Assembly (NCBI RefSeq): GCF_009914755.1
Contig: NC_060925.1
Length of the DNA: 64,000 nt
Origin: the human T2T-CHM13v2.0 reference genome, Homo sapiens
Reading direction: 5' to 3' (one strand)
In this document: piece after piece, positions 1 to 10,420 of the stretch
How positions within the stretch are numbered: position 1 is the first letter of the stretch
Layout of the letters: each line of letters starts with the position of its first letter
Notes under the pieces: model-generated
What the model saw: only the letters and a program-made list of their open reading frames with translations
Told to the model about the DNA's origin: nothing
Database searches by the model: none
Made by a program: the position numbers and the translations under genes

Positions 1-854
1 ACAGAACCCATCTCAAATTTTAAAAAAAGTAAAAATGGTAAATGTTATGTTATATATATTTTTTCACACACAAAGATTGTCATTTTCCACCAGTACAGTG
101 TCAGACTTTACCTTATCTCCTATTCTGACCCACAATACATTTTTTTTTTCGGTAATGATTTCAGTTGCCCTGAAGTCCTGGTTCTTAGGCTATTAACAGA
201 GCTTTGAGGCAAGATACCCACTTACTGTTACTTGTATCAAACAGCAATAACCCAATTCTACAACTTCCTTTGTTAGAGCTCCCTTTGCTGACCCCATTTT
301 GAGTCACCTTACGCAAGAAAGACGTCAGGACAGGCCAGAGAGCCAAAGGAAAGAGATTGGAAGAGTCTGAAGCCATAGCGTCCACACCAACTGGATTGTC
401 CAGTTTCTGCTTCCTTCCCCTCTGTACTATTTTTGGGAGGTGTAATGTGATCTTAGGAATATTAGAGTAAGTATGAAAAACCATAGGGGCGGAGGGGTCA
501 ATGCCAACTAGTTCTGTCCCTTCTTTGCTGCTGAATTCTAGGCCTTTCCATTAGCCCATAGCACTCAAGCTACAGCTGAGTCATTTGAGTCATTTGAGAA
601 TATTCATTGAGAATAGTCATTTGAGAAGATTCCCATCCTTCCCACTCCCTCTGTCCTTATGTTGGCTGGACTCTCATCCAGGGCTGGAGTAAATGGTTCA
701 GTGCATCACAGTCAAGACTGTTTTCTTCATGACAACCCAGGTCTGTGTGGCAGTGGTGAAGGTGGTAGTGGGAGGTTACATGGTAAATTTTCTCAGACCT
801 CAGAACATCTCTGTTGCTTTCGAATAAACTTTCTTGAATTTTGTGGGTTTTCTT

Positions 855-1330
855 GTTTTTTTTTTTTTTTTTTTTTTTTTGCGGGGGGGGGTTTTGTAGA
901 CAGGGTTTTGCTCTCCCACCCATGCTGGTATGCAGTGGCAGAATCACGGCTCACTTCACCCTGGACCTCCTGGGCTCATTCTCAGCCTTCCTTGTAGCCG
1001 GGACCACAGGTGCAAGCCACCAGGCCCAGCTAATTTCTTCATTTATTTTCAAGACAAGGTCTTGCTCTGTCATCCAGGCTGGGGATCGGTGCAATCACCG
1101 ATCATTGCAGCCTTGACCTCCTGGGCTCAGGTGATTCTTCCCACCTCAGCTTCCCAAGTAGCTGGGACTACAAACACATGCCACCATACCTGGCTAATTT
1201 TTTGTATTTTTTGTAAAGACAAGGTTTCGCCACGTTGCCCAGGTTGGTCTCAAACTCTTGGGTTCAAGTGATCCTCTCACCTCAGCCTCTCAAAATGTTG
1301 TGATTATAGTGAGTCACCTTCCCTGGCCTT
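855..1330 (-). mobile_element. Composite old Alu (Alu monomer/arm followed by AluJ-like element)
   Basis: Poly-T then diverged antisense Alu arms (CTCAGCCTTCC...GGGACCACAGG; CCCAGGTTGGTCTCAAACTC). Confidence 0.85.
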
Positions 1331-1850
1331 GAATTTTATAATCACATGGACATTGTGTATTTCATAAATTTTAGTTTTTCCTCTTTAAATTATTAGGAAA
1401 CTCAAAGTCAAATTTTAAGTCAATGCTAGCAAAGTAAATGGAATCTTATTGCATATGTTTTGAATCTTACTCTCAATTTCACCTCATTTTTATCTTGATA
1501 GACTTTGTGTATGTATGTGTACACACCTCTACTCCAAAACCTATAAAATACAGGCAGGATAAATATGACTAGCTAAAAATTCAAATTATTTGTTATATAT
1601 AGTCCTCTATTAACAACTGTTGGTGGTAGAGGTATTGAGGGAATAGAAACTTACATATTTTGAACAGTTTTACATTCATGATTTTATTGAATCCTCACCA
1701 AGCCACATGAGGTAAGCAGGGCTGACAATATTTACATTTTACAGTGGGCGGGAGATGGGTAGGATGTCAGGGAAATTAAACTGTCCCAAGGTCACCAAGA
1801 GTAAAGAATAGGAAAGCATATTAAGCCCACAACTCAAAAATTCAATTCAC

Positions 1851-2150
<300 letters not shown>

Positions 2151-2612
2151 TCAAGTCACTACTCTCTATGTTACAGTTCTAGACTGTTTCTCTCACTCCT
2201 GCCTCATTTGTTTTTCCTGAAAAATTATCCTTTATCTGTCTAAACATGTTTGGGTAAATCTTCAAGTGCTAGCCTGGATTTTATAGCCACTTTTTCAGTT
2301 TAGACAATTACCCATTTTCTTTCTTCTATCAGATCTACCAGCAGTATGTCTTCACTTTCTCAGACCTCTTTTCTATGTTGATACCAGAGACAGTTATTCA
2401 CGCCTTTCCCATTCCTGCAGAATATCCTTTGCATGAAGTAATGAAACTGGCACTGGACTGGGGATGAATTCTTTACCAACTGTGTGGCCATGAGCTTGAT
2501 ACTTCACTGTGCTACTTTCAGTTTTATCATCTGTAAAATGTGGTGGTTGGAGACTTCTGAGTTCCCTTTCAGCTTTCTGCTTCTGTGAATTGTAAACTCA
2601 TACTTTGCTACC

Positions 2613-2921
2613 TTTTATTTATTTATTTATTTATTTATTTGAGATAGAGTCTCGCTCTGTCGCCCAGGCTGGAGTGCAGTGGCGTGATCTCTGCTCACTG
2701 CAACCTCCGCTTCCAGGATTCAAGCGACTCTTGTACCTCAGCCTCCGGAGTAGCTGGGATTACAGGTGCCTGCCACCACACCCAGCTAATTTTTGTATTT
2801 TTAGTAGAGATGCGGTTTTGCCATGTTGGCCAGGCTGGTTTCAAACACCTGACCTCAAGTGATCCACCTGCCTTGGCTTCCCAAAGTGCTGGGATCACAG
2901 GAGTCTCCACCACACCCAGCC
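2613..2921 (-). mobile_element. Alu (AluS-like) with (TTTA)n tail
   Basis: Full antisense dimer. Confidence 0.92.
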
Positions 2922-3489
2922 TCGGCCTTTACTTTAGTCAAGATTTTTTCTGCTGGTCATCTCAGCAGCTCAGTTGAATATCATTTTTCAATTGGACATC
3001 ATTTTTGGTCTTCTGCAGTTTATTGTGGTGTGTCGAAGATAAGAAGGATGCGACCATATGCTTACCTTTGATTATGATTACAGCCAGCTAACCATCAACA
3101 TTGTATTTTAAAAAACTGAATCCTGAAGCCTTTCCTAAGGCAGATACAATGGCGAGAGCTTTGGGGAGCAATTCTAAATGAATTAAATATTCTATTTAAC
3201 TACTCATTAAGAGAATGACTTTGAGTAACAAACTCCCCATAGTTTTCTGAGCCTTAGTTTCTTCATTTTTGTGATGGGAATGACAAAGTCTAAGCCACTT
3301 ATGCAGTAGGAAGGTTAAAGGTGATGACCTGTGTGGAAGGCCTGTGAAAGGCAAATTCAATGCCCTGCTAGTTATACTGACAATTCCACCCTTGTGATAA
3401 TGCCCTGTCTTGCATTAGCCATACTCCTGACCTTGTTTTCTATCAGAACGCAAGTCTAGAAAAAGTAACCATTGTTCCTGTCATTTACA

Positions 3490-3900
3490 TATTAATTCAC
3501 CAAACATTTACTGAAGATCTACTGTGGCACTTTGCTTATAAGCTTTCAAGGATGAATAAAATAACTGCATTTTCAAGAAGCCCATAGCTCAGTGGACAGA
3601 CACACAAATAAATAACTGATGTAGCATGTGAAGAGAGCGGTCTTAGATGAGTGTAAGATGTTAGAGAACACAGAGGAGATTGACCAATTCCGCCTATGGG
3701 AGTTGGGAAACAACATTAAATTGGTCCTTGAGAAAATGGGTGAAACAGGGAGACAACTTCAGGGTCTTCTGGGCAAAAAGAATCATACAAACAAGGAAAA
3801 AGAGGGATGAACATGTATGGTATATTTGGGAGGTGATAAAAAGGGAAAACTCAGTCATTTTTTGTGGCTAGGATGAGGAGGCAGCCGAGAGAGACTGAGC
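3490..3900 (+). mobile_element. L2 remnant
   Basis: ATTCACCAAACATTTACTGA...CTACTGTG resembles the L2 terminus. Orientation and limits approximate. Confidence 0.45.
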
Positions 3901-4286
3901 AGGAGGGGAGTCTGGAAAAGTAGGCTGATAAAAAAATTAGATATATTATATACCAAATTGGAGAAAGGCCATGAGATTTCAGAGAGAAAACAATTCAAAT
4001 ATACCATGAGATTGTTTTGTAATCTTGATTATTAGTTATAGAGAAGATTAGGCTGCTGTATCGGAGACCTGAAAACACTGTAGCTTAAAAAAAACACAAC
4101 TACGGTAGCCTAAATATAATCTATGCTGGAGAAGCGGCTCTGCTCCAGGAGGTTATTTAGGAACGCAGGTTCCTTTCATCCCGTAGCTCTTTTGTCTCCC
4201 AGGGAATTGTCCGGGTCTTTGTAGTTGAAGTTGGTATTTCAGTATCATTGCTGTCTTTGGAAAGGGCCACAAGTTCAGGACAAATC

Positions 4287-4822
4287 TATCTTTCTTTCTT
4301 TCTTTTCTTTCTTTTCTCTCTTTCTTTCTTTCTTTCCTTTCTCTCTCTCTCTTTCTCTCTTTCCTTTCTTTCTCTTTCTTCTCTCTCTCCCCTTGCTGCT
4401 CCCCACCACCTTTCTCCCTTCCTTCCTTTCCTTCCTTTTCCTTTTCTCCTTCCCTCCTTCACTCATTTCTTTCTCCTCTTTATCTTCTTTCTCCTCTTTC
4501 TCTCTTTCTTTCTTTCCTTTTTTTTTTTTTTTGTGACAGGATCTCACTCTTATTGCCCAGGCTGGAATGCAGTAGTGTGATCATAGCTCACTGCAGCCTC
4601 AATCTCCAGGGCTCAAGCAATCTCCTGCCTCAGCCTCCTGAGTATCAGGGACTACAGATGTGTGGCATCATGCCCAGCTAAATTTTTTATTTTTATTTTT
4701 TGCAGAGACAAAGTCTATCTATGTTGCCCAGACTTGTCTTGAACTCCTGTGGCTCAAGTGATCCTCCTGCCTTGGCCTTTGAAAAGGCTGGGGTTATAGG
4801 CATGAGCCACTATGCCTGGCCC
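4287..4822 (-). mobile_element. AluJ-like element with a ~245-nt CT-rich expanded tail (4287-4532)
   Basis: Antisense Alu 4533-4822. TSD CAGGACAAAT at ~4277 and ~4822. Confidence 0.88.
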
Positions 4823-5014
4823 AGGACAAATTTCTTTTAAGCAAGTGTCATGAAGTTGCAGCCAACAATTCTGCTCACAGAACTTAATCATGTGTCATAT
4901 TTAGTTGCAAGGAAGGCTAGGAAATATTAACTTTATTTTTATTTTATTAGGATTTTATTTTAATAGGATTGGTTCTCAAACATGGTAGGGAGGGATCAAA
5001 CTCTCTTGAGGAAC

Positions 5015-5320
5015 TTTTTTTTTTTTTTTTTTTTTTTTTGAGCTGGAGTCTCGCTCCTTTGCTCAGGCGGGAGTGCAATGGCATGATCTCAGCTCACTGC
5101 ACCTCCGCCTCCCAGGTTCAAGCGATTCTACTGCCTCAGCCTCCTGAGTAGCTGGGACTACAGATGTGTGCCACCAAACCCAGAGAATGTTTGTATTGTT
5201 AGTGGAGATGGGGTTTCACCATGTTGGCCAGGCTGATCCCGAACACCTGGCCTCAAGCGAGCTGCCTGCTTTGGCCTCCCAAAGTGCTGGGATTACAGGT
5301 GTGAGCCACTGTGCTCAGCC
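5015..5320 (-). mobile_element. AluS-like element (see 3' transduction finding)
   Basis: Poly-T from 5015, full antisense dimer to 5320. Confidence 0.92.
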
Positions 5321-6439
5321 TAATATTGACTTTAAATAGCTCATCTGTGTATCTAAGAATAGAGAAAGAACAGATTTGGGAGTGGGGAGGCAATAGTCTG
5401 CCACAACTTGCTTATTTGGGAACCTCATCAATTCCTAGATTAATTTCGCTTGTAGTGTTTATCATTTATATTGCAATGTGTGTCCTTTGAATGCCTGTGT
5501 TGATTACTTTGTCTAAAAAGTGATTTGAATGATCTAGGATTTATACAGGCAAATCAAGAAAATGTGAAATATATCTCTGTGTGTCAACATTCAACTTCGT
5601 TCACAAATTAAAACTTAAGTTGATTATTAGAAAAATATTGCAATTTTGAATTATGTTTCTAATTCTGTAAAACTCTAACATTCTAGTTTCCATATCAATG
5701 TCTTGCAAGAGGATTAAGTTTTTATTTGGGTCAACAAAGCAAAATTCCTGGAAGAGCCTACTATTTTCAAGGCATAAAGCCAACCTACACAGAAACATGA
5801 GGCTCTCAATGGGGTTAGCAACCCAAATTCACCCTACTAGATTTGCACCTGATTTCCAGTGGCATGGTGGAGCCAAGGTTACTGGAATGCAAATTCACAA
5901 AGGTGGGAAGAATTGATGTAGTGTAAACGTTTAAGCCATGTGAACTACTATTACTGGTATTATTTTAATATTATTTAATATTAGGTTTAAGGATATTAGA
6001 AGCAGCAATTTGTGGAGTAAGTAGAGCCTATTTCACTAACAGATCTTATTATACATCTTCTGGCTATTTGAATTTTGAGAAGAGTCTGGGAAAAATTTAC
6101 TCCTAAATTGCCTCTGTTGATCAAAGTCCCCGAAAACCAGTATCAGCGGAGGGTCTTCCTTGTTTCCTTACCTCTCTTTCATGCTCTACTCCTTCTTCCC
6201 TTTCTCTCTTTTTCTCATTCATTCCAGCGGTGCCATAGCTCAGGACTGCATCTTTTCTCATATCTTTCTAACCACTCTCTTTGCCTCCACTACTAGAATG
6301 ATATTTCTAATTTGTAAATCTTATTTTGTATATCTCTTGGTTAAATACAGCCCCTCCAGTGAAGGTTCAAAGGGTTCACAATGCTCTCCACCACCTTGGC
6401 TCTGCCTGCCTTTCTAAGGTCATCTCTAGTTACAGTAAT

Positions 6440-6779
6440 ACTGTCCAGTGCCGCCTAAGGACGTTTCAGTCAATGAGAGACCACAGATACAATGGTGGTC
6501 CTATAAGATTATATAATACTGTATTTTTATTGTACCTTTTCTATGTTTAGATATAGGAATGCTTACCATTGTGTTACAGTAGCCTATAATATTCAGTAGA
6601 GTAACCTGCTGTACAGAGCTGAGCCTAGGAGCAATAAGCTATACCACATAGCCTAGGTGTGTATAAGGTTATACCATCTAGGTTTCTGCAAGTATACTCT
6701 ACGATGTTCTTACAACGACTAAATCGCCTAACAACGTATTTCTCAGAATGTATCCCTGTCATGAAGTGACACATGACTA
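6440..6779. mobile_element. Tigger3a/MER7-type DNA transposon MITE inserted in an L2 remnant (~6240-7230)
   Basis: GACGTTTCAGTCAATGA...GGTGGTCCTATAAGATTATA...CCTAGGAGCAATAAGCTATACCA...TTTCTCAGAATGTATCCCTGTC...CATGACTA. Confidence 0.8.
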
Positions 6780-7023
6780 TACAAGCTAATCCTAACTAGA
6801 CAACTAGCCACAATTGAATACATCCCCATTCTTTGGCCTGTTGCATACACTGACATCATTGCGTTTTCCTGGAGAGGAATGCCCTGCCCCTCACCTGTCT
6901 ACCTGACTAATGCATATTTCTGTCCCAACACAAATGTCTCTTTTTTAGGCCTTAATGACTGTCTCTGCCTTAATGACCCAGACAAAATGAATCATTCTAT
7001 CACCACTGCCCATTTTATACATA

Positions 7024-7064
<41 letters not shown>

Positions 7065-7344
7065 GACATAACGCTTATTACATTACACTATTAGTTAGCT
7101 TTATGTCTTATCTACCCCATTGCACTGAAAGCTTGTTAGAGGCAGGGATAATGTCTCATTCTTTGCTGTATCCCTAGCTCTTAGCACCTTCAATGAGCCT
7201 ATATTGAGCACACATAATGTACTAGTTAATTTACATATGTTATCTATCTCCCATTTTCCAGATCAGAAATCTAAAGCTTGCAGAGGTTTTGCCTGAAAAA
7301 AAAAAAAATACACATGGTAGAACCAACATTAAAACCTAAGTTGA

Positions 7345-7710
<366 letters not shown>

Positions 7711-8054
7711 TCACTTTGGAAATGGTGCCAACCTACCATATCAAACTGAGTTAATGCACTACAGACAATGCACACAAAATTCACTGTTACCACCTACTTA
7801 CAAGGCCTGGCCTGCTTAGCATCAGAGATTATTCAGACCATAGTATCTACAGAGCAATGCAGTACAGGTTGACACCTCTTCTGCATCTCAACGGTTCTTA
7901 CCTTTTGACAAAACCTTCCACTCTCACAATAGGTTGATGTCTTGTTTTACAGGTGTTATGTAACCATCTCAAGGTCACACAGTCTAGTACCAGCTAAACC
8001 AGGCCCAAAACTTTTTTTTTTGGTTACTTAAAAAAATTGTTATTATTATTATTA

Positions 8055-8147
8055 TTGTATTTTTAGTAGAGACGGGGTTTCACCATGTTGGCCAGGCTGG
8101 TCTCGAGATCCTGACCTGGTGATCCACCTGCCTCGGCCTCCCAAAGT
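8055..8147 (-). mobile_element. Alu left-arm fragment
   Basis: TTTTTAGTAGAGACGGGGTTTCACCATGTTGGCCAGG...CCTCCCAAAGT. Confidence 0.85.
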
Positions 8148-8583
8148 ATTATTTTTTATTTAAACTGAAGCCGCTACATCACATCAAGTGTATTTCTAGG
8201 TGAGAGTAGTACACCAAGTGGAAATGGATGCTCAGTGGAGGAGGCTAGGATTAAATGCCACAGGCTTGCTACAGCCAAGAGCATATCTGCATCTATGAGG
8301 GGCAGACCAGAACAGCAAAGCTAATGCCAAGGCCAGCCACAGTACGGCTACATCAGTCGACTAGTTGTAGAGAGCAAGACCGAAGCAAAAAATGTGATTC
8401 AACATAAAATATGAGGTTTCTCTAACCTCCAATTTAACTATGCAAGGTCCTGTTATTAATTAATTAGGTACCTTCACCAAGGACAGTTAAGAAAATCAGA
8501 CAACTGCCAGGTTGCTTCCTATTACTCTTGACTTCTTACTGGATACTTTTAATCAAGCCAGGTAAGCACACGTTTTCCTCTAA

Positions 8584-8924
<341 letters not shown>

Positions 8925-9639
8925 CAGCAATCACATTTTTAAAAACAACAACGAAAACCGCAGTAGCCTGGTTGTGTGCTTTCCATTTAAAGAGATAACT
9001 CCCTCCCTTCAGAGTCTTATTTCCTTGCTCTGCACCAATGGCTATTTTGTTGTTTAAAACAAACACTTAAACTGTTGACATTGAAATATCCAGACTACAT
9101 GGTCTTAAAGAGTCTGGGTTAATGAAATAAGGTGAGTCAGTGAGATGAAGGACTTAATGTTCCAATAATTATCTTTTAAAACCCCCCTTTTAAATGTCAA
9201 AACTCTTACAGCTCTTCTCTTAGGGGAGTAGGAAGGGGAGGGGTCTCCTTTAATTTTGTGGAACCCAGGTTTTGTAAGGATATTGACAAATTAGATGCTT
9301 GGCAATTAAATTAGAATTTCACCGTATCTCCTGCCTTAAAAGAACAGCTTTATTCTTGAGGGAGCCCACCTAACAATTTTATGTTCAGTCATCTGCAGAG
9401 AATAGAGCCACTGTCTTTTTCTTTCCTAACCTAGGGTAGACGCTTTATTTCACTGCAAGTTCCCTGTGACATTTTGCACTCTCTTGATTTAATGCACCAA
9501 AGAGGATCTTTAACTCTTGGTCTACACTAGTGCAAATAAAGGTTAAATCTCTCACTAACCATCATGAACTAGCCTAATAACTCACGAGAGGCCCTGGAAA
9601 AAGAAACCGAGAGAGCAGGTGTGCAGACTTGATTAAAAG

Positions 9640-10417
9640 GTGCAAAACCCGCACAACCGCAGGCAAAGGTACTTTATCCTCACGTTGCCCAGTACCGGCT
9701 GCGAGGTGCGCAAGCAGGGGAACTTGTACTGCGCCAACAGAACGATTCCGAGAGCCGGGCCTAGTAACACAGGGGCTTTTCTTCAGAACGGTGTCCAGAC
9801 CGGAGCTTGCGCCGAATGTAGGGGCTCCTATTGGCCACGCGCCGTAGGGGAGGAGACGACTGGCGGGGAGACAGACTGGAGGAGGGGAGAAGGGGAGAAG
9901 GGGGCAAGGCCTTTTCCCTGCCCCCTCCCTGCCCCCTCCGCCGCAGGCTGCCGCCGGTACCTCGTGCGTGGTTACTATGCAAATTGCAGCGATTGCGGAA
10001 ATAAACAAGGGGGTTGGGAGAGGAGAGAGGGACTGCCGAATCGATTGCAACTTCTGCAAAGTCTCGTACAATCCAAAGCACGCAAGGCAAAACCAGAGCG
10101 AATCTGAGAACCAGCCAGCCCGGGTTGGATCGCTTTCAAAAGAGAGAGTGAGAGCGAGCGAGCGAGCGAGCGAGAGCGAGACAGTGAGAGAGGGAGAGAG
10201 CGCGCCTTGCAATTGCAAAAGCCTTCTGATTTGGAGTTAAAAAAAAAATTCTCCAAGAAGCCTGCAATTGGCCAACAGCTTTTTAAAAAATCTCTTCCGG
10301 GTTTTCAACGGTTCCAAGTTTATTTAGATATTTTTTAAATGCAAAAAAAAGGGGACAACAAATGAAGCAATTCGTCTGAGCATTTTAAAGTTTCTCACGT
10401 ACTCTTTTTACATTGCA
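9640..10417 (+). promoter_or_regulatory. Distal NFIA CpG-rich promoter and 5' UTR
   Basis: CpG-dense 9640-10210; ATTGG (CCAAT box) ~9830; GC-rich tracts; octamer ATGCAAAT 9977-9984; (GAGC)n/(GA)n 10141-10200. Confidence 0.75.
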
Positions 10418-10420
10418 ATG
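10418..10420 (+). CDS. NFIA: NFIA distal alternative first exon: coding part is only the ATG, giving an M-DEFHPF N-terminus
   Basis: CATTGCAATG|GTACGT: ATG immediately followed by a good donor, phase 0, compatible with exon 2. Downstream of a CpG-rich promoter. Matches my recollection of an MDEFHPF NFIA isoform. Confidence 0.8.

Larger units (their letters stand above)
4033..5410. mobile_element. MLT1-type (ERVL-MaLR) solo LTR interrupted by two Alus
   Basis: TTAGGCTGCTGTA...GTAGCTTAAA; GCAGGTTCCTTTCATC; AGTTGCAAGGAAGGCTAGGAAAT resemble MLT1 consensus segments. Confidence 0.6.

Noticed and set aside
4225-4580. Phe/Ser/Leu-rich and Lys/Glu/Arg-rich ORFs
   Set aside because: Translation of the CT-rich Alu tail.
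9574-10256. Long overlapping ORFs (214 aa minus, 155 aa plus) at the distal promoter
   Set aside because: Stop-poor GC-rich DNA, mostly non-ATG starts, low-complexity translation of (GA)/(GAGC) repeats, no recognisable domain.
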